Assembly: GCF_001457615.1 (NCBI RefSeq)
Contig: NZ_LN831024.1
Span: 4,650,001 to 4,682,000, forward strand
DNA length: 32,000 bases
From: Pseudomonas aeruginosa
GTDB taxonomy: Bacteria; Pseudomonadota; Gammaproteobacteria; Pseudomonadales; Pseudomonadaceae
Reading direction: 5' to 3'
Both the position numbers and the translations under genes were made by a program. The notes under the pieces are model-generated. The model was not told the DNA's origin. It saw only the letters and a program-made list of their open reading frames with translations, and ran no database searches. This document shows, piece by piece, positions 9,405-18,255 of the stretch (position 1 is its first letter; the number at the start of each line of letters is the position of its first letter).

Positions 9405-10568
9405 TCAGCGCACCGGCCAGTACCAGGCCGGCCGGTCCAGCTCGCGCAGCCCCTGGATGCGGGTCTCGCCGAAGTCCTTCTCCAGCCCCAGCGAATGGCA
9501 TTCCGGGTGCTCTTCGAGCGTCGCGACAAGCCGCGCGGCGTGCGACACCACCAGCACCTGGGAGTGCTGCGCGGCCTGGCCGACCAGGCGCCCGAGGGCC
9601 GGCAGCAGGTCGGGATGCAGGCTGGTTTCCGGTTCGTTGAGCACCAGCAGCGCCGGCGGCCGCGGCGACAACAGGGCGGCGATCCACAGCAGGTAGCGCA
9701 GGGTGCCGTCCGACAGCTCCGCGGTGCGCAGCGGCCGCAGCAGGCCGGGCTGCTCGATCAGCACTTCGAAGCGCCCTCCCGGGTTGTCAATGTGCAGGCG
9801 GCTGCCGGGAAAGGCATCGTCCACCGCCTCGTCCAGCGCCGCCGCATCGCCGATCTCGCGGATGGTCTGCAGGGCCGCGGCCAGGTCGGCGCCGTCGGCG
9901 CCCAGCACCGGTGTATGGGTGCCGATCTGCGGACACCGCGCCGGCGCCTCGGCGTCGCTGCGGAAATGGTCGTAGAAGCGCCAGGAGCGGATCCGCTCGC
10001 GCAGGCCGAGCAGTTCCGGCACCTGTCGCGGGTCCACCGCCGCGCCCAGCATGCTGTCGAAGGTGGCGAGGTGCTGCGCCGCCACTTCCCAGCGACCGCC
10101 GCCGCCGCGTGCGCGCAACAACGGCCCGCGACGGTCGACGAGGACATTGGCCGGGCGCAGGAACGGGCCGGCCCAGATGCATTCGCGCTTGATCACCGGG
10201 TCGAGACCGAACTTGCTCTGGCTTGGCTCCGGCAGGCCGAGGTCGATGCAATAACCGAAATCCTCCCCGGCGAAGCCCAGGCGCAGGTTCACCGACTGCC
10301 GGCGCACGCTGCCTTCGATCGGCTGGGCGCCACTGCGCATGGCCCGGCTGATGTCCTCCGGTCCCGCCCACAGGGTCGATGGCAGGCCGCCCTCGCGCGC
10401 CAGCGACGGGATCACTTCGCCGCGCGCGCTGTCCGCCAGCAGGCGCAAGGCCCGGTAGACGTTGGACTTGCCGGCGCCGTTGGCGCCGGTGATCAGGTTC
10501 AGGCGCCGCAGCGGCATCACCAGGTCGCGCAGGGTGCGGTAGTTGGACACCGCCAGGGTGGTCAGCAT
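9405..10568 (-). CDS. AAA family ATPase, RecF/OLD-like (387 aa)
   Basis: N-terminal LAVSNYRTLRDL and Walker A GANGAGKS; signature-like LSDGTLRYL; Walker B-like ALLVLNEPETSLHP; VLVVSHAARL. Confidence 0.88.
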   Translation of the reverse strand: MLTTLAVSNYRTLRDLVMPLRRLNLITGANGAGKSNVYRALRLLADSARGEVIPSLAREGGLPSTLWAGPEDISRAMRSGAQPIEGSVRRQSVNLRLGFAGEDFGYCIDLGLPEPSQSKFGLDPVIKRECIWAGPFLRPANVLVDRRGPLLRARGGGGRWEVAAQHLATFDSMLGAAVDPRQVPELLGLRERIRSWRFYDHFRSDAEAPARCPQIGTHTPVLGADGADLAAALQTIREIGDAAALDEAVDDAFPGSRLHIDNPGGRFEVLIEQPGLLRPLRTAELSDGTLRYLLWIAALLSPRPPALLVLNEPETSLHPDLLPALGRLVGQAAQHSQVLVVSHAARLVATLEEHPECHSLGLEKDFGETRIQGLRELDRPAWYWPVR

Positions 10569-10623
10569 GGCTGCTCTCGAAGGAACGGAAACGCGGCCGA
10601 TTGTAGGCCAAATGCCGCATCGC

Positions 10624-10929
10624 TTACTTGAGCCCGGCCACCCCGGCGACGATCAACCCGACAGAAACCAGCTTCACCGCCGTCAGGCTCTCGCCAAGCA
10701 GCAGGACGCCGAGGAACACCGTGCCCAGCGAGCCGATCGCGGTCCAGATCGGATAGGCGACGCTGACCGGCAACTCGCGCAGCGCCAGGGTCAGGAAATA
10801 GATCCCGCCGATCGCCGCGACCACCGTCAGCAACGACGGCCAGAGTCTGCCGAAGCCGTTGGAGAACTTCATGCCCATGGCGAAGGCGACCTCGAAGGCC
10901 GCCGCCACCAGCAGATGGAACCAGGCCAT
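10624..10929 (-). CDS. Small multidrug resistance (SMR) family transporter (101 aa)
   Basis: Four hydrophobic segments with conserved early Glu (LLVAAAFEVAFAMGMKFSNGFGRLWPS) and PVSVAYPIWTAIGSLGTVFLG. Confidence 0.9.
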   Translation of the reverse strand: MAWFHLLVAAAFEVAFAMGMKFSNGFGRLWPSLLTVVAAIGGIYFLTLALRELPVSVAYPIWTAIGSLGTVFLGVLLLGESLTAVKLVSVGLIVAGVAGLK

Positions 10930-10938
10930 GGCGGCTCC

Positions 10939-11577
10939 TCAGGCCGACCGCGCCAGCGCCAGCAGGCGCTGTTCCGCCTCGGCGCAGGAGTCCTCGAAGG
11001 ACCTGCCGCCGGATTCCTCGCCTTCCGCCGCGACCACCGTGACCTCGTCGATGCCGATGAAACCCAGCGCGGTGCGCAACCAGGGATCGGCGTGGTTCAT
11101 CGCCTGGTTCTCGCCGCCCGGGCCGAAGCCATGGCCACCGCGACTGGTGACGATTAGCGCACGCTTGCCACGCAGCAGCGGCCGGTACTGGGCGACGCCA
11201 TTATCGAGGACGAAATCGAAGGTCACCCCGAGGCGCACGATCTGGTCGATCCAGGCCTTCAGGCCGCTGGGCACGCTGAAGTTGTACATCGGCGTGGAGA
11301 TCACCAGCAGGTCGCTGTCGAACAGTTCGCCGACCAGTTGGTCGCTCAGCGCCAGGTCGGCCTGCATCGCCAGCGAACGCTGTTCCGGCTGGGGATGGAA
11401 GGCGGCGGCGACGAAGGCCTCGGTGACCGCCGGAAGCGGTACCCGGCCGACTTCGCGGCGAGCCACGCGGGCCTGCGGATGGGCTTCGCGATAGGCCGCC
11501 AGGAAAACCTCGGCGAGACGCCGGGACTGCGAGCGCTCGCCTCGCGGACTGGCATGCACTGCAAGAATTCTACTCAT
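10939..11577 (-). CDS. azoR1: FMN-dependent NADH-azoreductase, AzoR type (212 aa)
   Basis: Flavodoxin-like fold with [41 protein letters not shown] and [34 protein letters not shown]. Confidence 0.93.
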   Translation of the reverse strand: MSRILAVHASPRGERSQSRRLAEVFLAAYREAHPQARVARREVGRVPLPAVTEAFVAAAFHPQPEQRSLAMQADLALSDQLVGELFDSDLLVISTPMYNFSVPSGLKAWIDQIVRLGVTFDFVLDNGVAQYRPLLRGKRALIVTSRGGHGFGPGGENQAMNHADPWLRTALGFIGIDEVTVVAAEGEESGGRSFEDSCAEAEQRLLALARSA

Positions 11578-11684
11578 CTGTATCTCCTTGGATTCGGCTA
11601 GACTCGAATGGCCTCAAGGCCCTTCTCCTGGAGCCAGAAATTATTGGCAGCGGGGGTTCCCGACAAATGAGCAATAGTTGTTCA

Positions 11685-11703
11685 GGGTGAATTCAGTTCA
11701 CCC
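11685..11703. promoter_or_regulatory. Perfect inverted repeat upstream of the LysR gene, possible operator
   Basis: GGGTGAA-TTCAG-TTCACCC in the azoR/lysR divergent region, ending just before ATG 11704. Confidence 0.5.
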
Positions 11704-11715
11704 ATGGAGATTCCA

Positions 11716-12633
11716 ATGTTCGCTTCCCTGCCGCTGACCGCGTTGCGCACCTTCGAATCGGCGGCCCGCCAGTCGAGCTTCAAGGCCGCCGCCGAGGAGC
11801 TTGCGGTAACGCCAACCGCGGTTTCCCACCAGATCCGTTCGCTGGAAGCCTGGCTCGGCGTTCCGCTGTTCCAGCGCCTGCCACGGAAAGTGCGCCTGAC
11901 CGACTGCGGCGAACGGCTGTTCCGCAGCCTGCACGGGGCCCTGCTGGAAATTTCGCAGAGCGTCGACACGCTGCGTCCGCAGCGCAGCGTAGGCAACCTG
12001 ACGGTCTCCACCACCCCGGCCTTCGCCGCCCTCTGGCTGGTGCCGCGTCTCGGCCGCTTCTACGCCGCGCACCCGCAGATCAACCTGCGCCTGGACACCA
12101 ACTGCGAAGTCCTCGACCTGCACCAGGACGCCAGCATCGACCTGGTGATCCGCTACAGCCTCGACGACCATCCGAACTTCTACGGTCTCTGCCTGTTCGA
12201 CGAATGCTTCGCGGTCTACGGCTCGCCGGCCCAGGTCGCCCTGGCCGCAGAACGGCAGCCGACCCTGATCAGCGTGCGCTGGCACAACTCCAGGCTCTAC
12301 GCCCACGGCTGGGAGGCCTGGTGCGCGCAGGCCGGCGAAGACTGGATGGAGGGCCAGCCGGTGATCCGCCAGTACGACGAGGAGCACTATGCCCTGCAGG
12401 CGGCCATCGCCGGCCAGGGACTGGTGCTGGCCAGTTCGATCCTGGTTTCGGAAAGCGTCGCCAGCGGCCTGCTGCAACCCTACAGAGCGGATATCAGTGT
12501 CGACGGCGCCGGCTACAGCGCGCTATGCGTGCCCGGACGGGAACGTCATCCGCCGGTGAAGGCATTCTTCGAATGGCTGAGGCTGGAGGCACGACAGTCG
12601 GGGCACGCTTGCCGGCTGGAGCGGGACGCCTGA
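11716..12633 (+). CDS. LysR-family transcriptional regulator, GcvA-like (305 aa)
   Basis: N-terminal LysR HTH MFASLPLTALRTFESAARQSSFKAAAEELAVTPTAVSHQIRSLEAWLGVPLFQRLPRKVRLT. GGAG RBS at 11706-11709 favours ATG 11716; ATG 11704 is an in-frame alternative. Confidence 0.94.
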   Translation: MFASLPLTALRTFESAARQSSFKAAAEELAVTPTAVSHQIRSLEAWLGVPLFQRLPRKVRLTDCGERLFRSLHGALLEISQSVDTLRPQRSVGNLTVSTTPAFAALWLVPRLGRFYAAHPQINLRLDTNCEVLDLHQDASIDLVIRYSLDDHPNFYGLCLFDECFAVYGSPAQVALAAERQPTLISVRWHNSRLYAHGWEAWCAQAGEDWMEGQPVIRQYDEEHYALQAAIAGQGLVLASSILVSESVASGLLQPYRADISVDGAGYSALCVPGRERHPPVKAFFEWLRLEARQSGHACRLERDA

Positions 12634-12654
12634 GCGGCGCGGCGGGACAGGGAC

Positions 12655-12681
12655 AACGCGGCTGCCGTTATCCGTCCTGCG
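12655..12681. repeat. Degenerate REP-like sequence
   Basis: CTGCCGTTATCCGTCCTGCG closely resembles CGCGCCGTTATCCGTCCTACA near 20361-20380. Confidence 0.35.
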
Positions 12682-12706
12682 CGGCCAGGCGCAGCAGCCG
12701 CCGGAC

Positions 12707-12741
12707 AAAACGACGGCCCGCACCTTGCGGGGCGGGCCGTC
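12707..12741 (-). terminator. Rho-independent terminator of putP
   Basis: Minus-strand GACGGCCCG (12741-12733), loop, CGGGCCGTC (12720-12712), then GTTTTG. Confidence 0.8.
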
Positions 12742-12777
12742 TCCATGCGCGGGCGCTTTACCCGCCCGCAGGCTCGA

Positions 12778-14298
12778 TCAGCGCTGGGTTACCGGAGCGG
12801 CGGAGCCCTGGTGCGCCTCGCGGTACTCCTGCTCCGCATCGTCGAAGCGCTTGAGCATGCTCGTCGAAGGCGCCTTGCCGAGCAGGCTGAAGACGACGAT
12901 GGCGACGCTGGCGAAGAGGAAGCCGGGGATGATCTCGTACAGGCCGGTCCAGCCCAACAGGTTCTTCCACAGGATCACCGTCGCCGCGCCGACGATCATG
13001 CCGGCCAGCGCGCCGTTGCGGGTCATCCGCTTCCACAGCAGGGAGAACAGCACCAGCGGGCCGAAGGCGGCGCCGAAGCCGGCCCAGGCATAGGACACCA
13101 GGCCGAGCACGCGGTTTTCCGGGTTGGAGGCCAGCCAGATGGCGATCACCGCCACCAGCAGCACCATGGCGCGACCGACCCAGACCAGTTCCAGCTGGCT
13201 GGCGCCCTTGCGCAGGAAGGCCTTGTAGAAGTCCTCGGTGAGCGCCGAGGAGCAGACCAGCAGCTGGCAGCTCAGGGTGCTCATGACCGCGGCGAGGATG
13301 GCGGACAGCAACACGCCGGCGATCCACGGGTTGAACAGGATCTTGGCCAGCTCGATGAATACCCGCTCGGGGTTCTCGCTGACCGCGCCGGCCTGCTCCG
13401 GATGCGCCTGGAAGTAGGCGATGCCGAAGAAGCCCACGGCCACGGCGCCACCGAGGCAGAGGATCATCCAGGTCATGGAGATGCGGCGCGCGGCCGGGAT
13501 CGATTTCACCGAGTCGGCGGCCATGAAGCGCGCCAGGATGTGCGGCTGGCCGAAGTAGCCCAGGCCCCAGGCCATCAGCGAGATCACGCCGATGAAGGAG
13601 GCGCCCTTGAGCATGTCGAAGCTGGTCGCGTCCTTCAGCTCGATGGCGGTGAAGGTCGGCTCGACGCCGCCGGTGGCGAGCATCACGATCACCGGGGTGA
13701 GGATCAGCGCGAAGATCATCAGCGAGGCCTGCACGGTGTCGGTCCAGCTCACCGCGAGGAAGCCACCGATGAAGGTGTAGGCGATGGTCGCCGCGGCGCC
13801 GGCCCACAGCGCGGTCTCGTAGGAGAGGCCGAAGGTGCTCTCGAACAGGCGCGCACCGGCGACGATGCCGGAAGCGCAGTAGATGGTGAAGAACACCAGG
13901 ATCACCAGGGCCGAGAAGATCCGCAGCAGGCGGCTGTTGTCCTCGAAGCGGTTGGTGAAGTAGTCGGGCAGGGTCAGCGCGTTGCCGTTGTGCTCGGTCT
14001 GCACCCGCAGGCGGCCGGCGACGAACAGCCAGTTGAGGTAGGCGCCGACGATCAGGCCGATGGCGATCCAGCTTTCGGACAGGCCGGACAGGTACACCGC
14101 GCCGGGCAGGCCCATCAGCAGCCAGCCGCTCATGTCGGAGGCGCCGGCGGACAGCGCCGTGACGAAGCTGCCGAGGCTGCGGCCACCGAGGATGTAGTCG
14201 GAGAAGTTGTTGGTGGAGCGATATGCCGCCAGGCCGATCAGGACCATGGCCGCGATGTAGATCACGAAGGTGATCAGCGTGGGCGTATTGACACTCAT
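12778..14298 (-). CDS. putP: Sodium/proline symporter PutP (506 aa)
   Basis: Start MSVNTPTLITFVIYIAAMVLIGLAAYRSTNNFSDYILGGRSLGSFVTALSAGASDMSGWLLMGLPGAVYLSG... is full-length SSS-family PutP. The track extends 96 nt too far upstream. Confidence 0.97.
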   Translation of the reverse strand: MSVNTPTLITFVIYIAAMVLIGLAAYRSTNNFSDYILGGRSLGSFVTALSAGASDMSGWLLMGLPGAVYLSGLSESWIAIGLIVGAYLNWLFVAGRLRVQTEHNGNALTLPDYFTNRFEDNSRLLRIFSALVILVFFTIYCASGIVAGARLFESTFGLSYETALWAGAAATIAYTFIGGFLAVSWTDTVQASLMIFALILTPVIVMLATGGVEPTFTAIELKDATSFDMLKGASFIGVISLMAWGLGYFGQPHILARFMAADSVKSIPAARRISMTWMILCLGGAVAVGFFGIAYFQAHPEQAGAVSENPERVFIELAKILFNPWIAGVLLSAILAAVMSTLSCQLLVCSSALTEDFYKAFLRKGASQLELVWVGRAMVLLVAVIAIWLASNPENRVLGLVSYAWAGFGAAFGPLVLFSLLWKRMTRNGALAGMIVGAATVILWKNLLGWTGLYEIIPGFLFASVAIVVFSLLGKAPSTSMLKRFDDAEQEYREAHQGSAAPVTQR

Positions 14299-14508
14299 AG
14301 GGACTCCCCTATTGCTTGTTTTTATCCGGGCCCTTGCGTGTGCAAGCAACGGGTAGCGGGCCCTTGGTTGGCAGAATGGCGCTTGTGGCGTCACTCCGTG
14401 AGCGCTTGCCGGAGCAAGCCGGAAACGTGGGTGGCCTCAAACGAGTCCGAACAGGCCCACGCCTCACGATCCCTCCCCTGTCGGGCAGGGAAAATCGTCC
14501 TTTATGGT

Positions 14509-14533
14509 CCGTTCCGGGCACGCACCGGAACGG
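14509..14533. terminator. Hairpin in the putA-putP gap (terminator-like)
   Basis: CCGTTCCGG-GCACGCA-CCGGAACGG, perfect 9-bp stem, downstream of putA. Confidence 0.4.
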
Positions 14534-14609
14534 CGGTCATTTCCCTTGGCGTTCGCTGCGGCGAACCCCGGAAACCGACCCGGGCGCCAAGGCGCCCGGG
14601 AACGGAGTA

Positions 14610-17600
14610 TCACTCGGCGTCGGCCAGCGACAGCAGCGACGCGTTGCCGCCCACCGCGGTGGTGTTCACCGACGTGGTGCGCTCGCTGACGAAACGCAGC
14701 AGGTAGTTCGGCCCGCCGGCCTTGGGACCGGTGCCGGACAGCCCGTGGCCGCCGAACGGTTGCACGCCCACCACCGCGCCGATCTGGTTGCGGTTGATGT
14801 AGAGGTTGCCGACCCGCGCCAGCTCTTCGATGCGACGGGCGGTTTCCTCGTTGCGGCTATGGACCCCCATGGTCAGGCCGAAACCGGTGGCGTTTATCGC
14901 CTGCACGACCTTTTCCAGGTCCTGCGCGGCATAACGCACCACGTGCAGCACCGGGCCGAAGTTCTCTTTCTTCAGCTCGTCGATGCCGCTGATCTCGAAC
15001 GCGACGGGAGCGACGAAGTGACCGTTCAGGTTGCCCGGCACCTTGGTCTCGGCGATCAGCTTGCCGGCGGCCTTCAGCGCGGCGATGTGCTGCTCCAGGC
15101 CGGCCTTGGCCTCGGCGTCGATCACCGGGCCGACGTCGCTGACGCGCACGTCGGTCGGGCCGACCTTCAGCTCGGCCATGGCGCCCTTGAGCAACTCGAT
15201 CACCCGCTCGGCGATGTCCTGCTGCACGTACATCACGCGCAGCGCGGAGCAGCGCTGGCCGGCGCTGGTGAACGCGGATTGTACCGCATCCTTGATCACC
15301 TGTTCCGGCAAAGCGGTGGAATCGACGATCATCGCGTTCTGCCCGCCGGTCTCGGCGATCAGGGTGGCGATGGCGCCGGGCTTCTCGGCCAGTTGGCGGT
15401 TGATGATGCGGGCGGTGTCGGTGGAGCCGGTGAAGGCCACCCCGGCGACCCGCGCGTCACGGCAGAACACGCCGCCGAGGGTGGCGCCGTCGCCCGGCAG
15501 CAGGGCGATAACGTCCTTCGGCAGGCCGGCTTCGAACATCAGTTCGACGGTGCGCGCGGCGATCAGGCTGGTCTGCTCGGCCGGCTTGGCCAGCACAGTG
15601 TTGCCGGCCACCAGCGCGGCGCTGATCTGGCCGAGGAAGATCGCCAGCGGGAAGTTCCACGGGCTGACGCAGGCGAAGATGCCGCGGCCTTCGTAGAACA
15701 GCTCGTTGCGCTCGCCGGTCGGGCCGCGCAGTTCCTCGCGGACCAGGCGCTGGCGGGCCTGCTGGGCGTAGTAGCGGCAGAAGTCGACCGCCTCGCGGAT
15801 CTCGTCGATACCGTCCTGCAACGACTTGCCGGCTTCCAGGGTGCACAGCGCCATCAGCTCGCCGCGCTGGGCTTCCAGCAGGTCGGCGAGACGCTCGAGG
15901 ATGCCGGCACGCTCGTCCACCGGGGTGGCGCTCCAGCGCGGCCAGGCCGCCTGCAGCACGTCGAGGGCCTTGCCGGCCTGCTCGGCGGACGCGTACTGGA
16001 CGCTGCCGACCAGCCTCTCCAGGTCGTACGGGCAACGCACTTCGTGGGCCGGGCCGGAGAGCTTCTCGCCGTTGACGATCGGCGCGGCTTGCCACTGGCG
16101 GGTCAGGTGCGGCTTGTAGGCGAGCTCCAGCTCGTTCCACTGGTTCTGGATGTTCATGTTGATGCCCTGGGAGTTTTTCCGCCCGGCGCCGAAGATCGCC
16201 TGGGGCAGAGGGATACGGTCGTTGGCCAGCGTCTTGAACTGGCGCAGTTGGGTAACCGGGTGCTGGATCAGCGTCTCCACCGGCACGCGCGGGTCCACCA
16301 GCTTGTGCACGAAGGAAGAGTTGGCGCCGTTCTCCAGCAGGCGCCGGACCAGGTACGGCAGCAGGTCCTTGTGCGCGCCGACCGGGGCGTAGATGCGCAC
16401 GTTGCGGCGGTACTTCTCGATCACCGTGTCGTACAGCGCGTCGCCCATGCCATGCAGGCGCTGGAACTCGAAGTCGCGCTCCTCGCCGCCGGCGGCCCTG
16501 GCTTCGTCGGCCAGGGCGAGGATGGCGGTCACGGTGTGGGCGTTGTGGCTGGCGAACTGCGGGTAGATCACCCCGCGGGTGTGCTCGCTGAGCAGGTAGC
16601 GGGCGCAGGCCAGGTAGGAAGTGTCGGTGCCTTCCTTGCGGGTGTAGACGGGGTAGCCATCGGCGCCCTGCACCTGGCACTGCTTGATCTCGCTGTCCCA
16701 GTAGGCACCCTTCACCAGGCGCAGCGGGATGCGTGCGCCAAGCTCGCGGCCGAGCAGGGTCAGCCATACCAGCACCGGCAGGCAGCGCTTGGAGTAGGCC
16801 TGGATGACCAGGCCGAACTCGCCCCAGCCGGCGATGGCCGGGTCGCGCATCAGCTTCTCGTAGAGTTCGAGGGACAGCTCCAGGCGATCGGCTTCCTCGG
16901 CGTCGATGGTGATGCCGACGTTCAGCTTGCGCGCGCGCACCGCCAGTTCCAGGACATTGGCGAACAGCTCGCTGAGCACCCGCTCGCGTTGCGCCACTTC
17001 GTAGCGCGGATGCAGCGCCGAGAGCTTGATCGAGATCGACGGCCGCGGCCCCGGACCGACCTGCGGCTCGGCGCCGACGGTGTCGATGGCCTGGCGGTAG
17101 TCGGCCATGTATTTCTCGGCGTCGGCGGCGGTCAGCGCGGCCTCGCCGAGCATGTCGAAGGAATAGGTGTAGCCCTGCTCGCGGCATGGACGACCGTTCT
17201 TCAGCGCTTCGGAGATGGTCCGGCCAAGCACGAACTGCTTGCCCATCAGCTTCATCGCCTGGTTCATCGCGGCGCGGATCACCGGTTCGCCAGAGCGCTG
17301 CACCAGCCGGCTGATGACGCTCGGGGCGCGGCCGTCGGTGCGTTCGTCGATGTTCACCACCTTGCCGGTCATCACCAGGCCCCAGGCGGCGAAATTGACC
17401 AGAACGTTGTCGCTCTGGCCGAGATGGCGCTGCCAGTCGGCGGCGGACAGCTTGTCGCGGATCAGCGCGTCGGCGGTCGCCGCGTCAGGCACACGCAACA
17501 GCGCCTCGGCCAGACACATCAGCATCAGGCCTTCCTGGGTGTCCAGGCTGTATTGGCGCAGGAGTGCGTCGAGGGTATCGACGGCGTTGTCCCGGCTGCG

Positions 17601-17792
17601 CACGGTTTCGATCAGTGCGCGGGCGTTGCGGCGGATAGCCTCGATGCCGTCGGGACCGGGGTCGGCGAGCTGCAGCAGTTCGCCCAGGTAGGCTTCCTCG
17701 TCGACCGCGTAGTTGGCGCTGATGACAGGGAAGAATTCGGCTGCGGACCGGGTCTGGTCCTCGCCCTGCAAGACGTGACTGGCTTTGAACAT
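14610..17792 (-). CDS. putA: Bifunctional proline dehydrogenase / L-glutamate gamma-semialdehyde dehydrogenase PutA (1060 aa)
   Basis: Start MFKASHVLQGEDQTRSAAEFFPVISANYAVDEEAYLGELL. Proline dehydrogenase region (GARIPLRLVKGAYWDSEIKQCQ, YPQFASHNAHTV) and ALDH region (FTGSTDTARIINRQL, ETGGQNAMIVDSTALPEQV, SAGQRCSALR). Confidence 0.98.
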   Translation of the reverse strand: MFKASHVLQGEDQTRSAAEFFPVISANYAVDEEAYLGELLQLADPGPDGIEAIRRNARALIETVRSRDNAVDTLDALLRQYSLDTQEGLMLMCLAEALLRVPDAATADALIRDKLSAADWQRHLGQSDNVLVNFAAWGLVMTGKVVNIDERTDGRAPSVISRLVQRSGEPVIRAAMNQAMKLMGKQFVLGRTISEALKNGRPCREQGYTYSFDMLGEAALTAADAEKYMADYRQAIDTVGAEPQVGPGPRPSISIKLSALHPRYEVAQRERVLSELFANVLELAVRARKLNVGITIDAEEADRLELSLELYEKLMRDPAIAGWGEFGLVIQAYSKRCLPVLVWLTLLGRELGARIPLRLVKGAYWDSEIKQCQVQGADGYPVYTRKEGTDTSYLACARYLLSEHTRGVIYPQFASHNAHTVTAILALADEARAAGGEERDFEFQRLHGMGDALYDTVIEKYRRNVRIYAPVGAHKDLLPYLVRRLLENGANSSFVHKLVDPRVPVETLIQHPVTQLRQFKTLANDRIPLPQAIFGAGRKNSQGINMNIQNQWNELELAYKPHLTRQWQAAPIVNGEKLSGPAHEVRCPYDLERLVGSVQYASAEQAGKALDVLQAAWPRWSATPVDERAGILERLADLLEAQRGELMALCTLEAGKSLQDGIDEIREAVDFCRYYAQQARQRLVREELRGPTGERNELFYEGRGIFACVSPWNFPLAIFLGQISAALVAGNTVLAKPAEQTSLIAARTVELMFEAGLPKDVIALLPGDGATLGGVFCRDARVAGVAFTGSTDTARIINRQLAEKPGAIATLIAETGGQNAMIVDSTALPEQVIKDAVQSAFTSAGQRCSALRVMYVQQDIAERVIELLKGAMAELKVGPTDVRVSDVGPVIDAEAKAGLEQHIAALKAAGKLIAETKVPGNLNGHFVAPVAFEISGIDELKKENFGPVLHVVRYAAQDLEKVVQAINATGFGLTMGVHSRNEETARRIEELARVGNLYINRNQIGAVVGVQPFGGHGLSGTGPKAGGPNYLLRFVSERTTSVNTTAVGGNASLLSLADAE

Positions 17793-18139
17793 CACGCCCT
17801 CCTCTTGTGGAGCCATTGTTATTGAAAGAAGTCCGGCCAGGCGTCCATTGCCCGGGGCACCGCCGCCGGCGGGTTGTGCCGGCGGCGCGGCACGTCCTGT
17901 GGCGCGGGAATACGGATCAGTATGGGTCAGGCCCATTCCGCCGGCGCGAGGCACCAGCGGATAGCGGAATGTAGTGGCTGCGAGAGGGGCGATTCTTGCG
18001 AAAGACTCTGGAGTTTTTGCGGAAAACTCCTGGCTGCGGAACTTTCCCGTTCCTCTTCGCCGGCAGGCATGCGGACATTGCCGCTGCACGTCGGCACGAC
18101 GCCATGCAGAGTGGCTACGCGGGTCTACCGACACAAAAA

Positions 18140-18152
18140 GAAATAATATAAC
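18140..18152. promoter_or_regulatory. Putative Zur box
   Basis: GAAATAATATAAC matches the commonly cited Zur palindrome GTTATAATATAAC at 11 of 13 positions, about 85 nt upstream of a TonB-dependent receptor ORF. Confidence 0.55.
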
Positions 18153-18255
18153 ATCCCAATAAATACGCCGATCCGACCCCGTCGCCCTTCCTCCGGGAAG
18201 AGCCTGGGTTCGCTTTGGCCTGAAAAAAGTCCGACCCATGACCATGGAGCCCGCA

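Noticed and set aside
6280-9696. 1138-aa + strand ORF overlapping the PBP-like gene.
   Set aside because: Arg/Pro/Gly-rich low-complexity translation typical of shadow frames in GC-rich DNA; the overlapping frame has a TM segment and PBP motifs.
9405-10568. AAA/OLD-like ATPase considered as a core of a new anti-phage system.
   Set aside because: No partner nuclease, reverse transcriptase, toxin or mobile element signature nearby; neighbours are housekeeping-type genes. Kept only as a low-to-moderate finding about its Walker B motif.
14316-17825. 1169-aa + strand ORF antisense to putA.
   Set aside because: His/Gln/Val-rich antisense shadow of putA with no recognisable domain.
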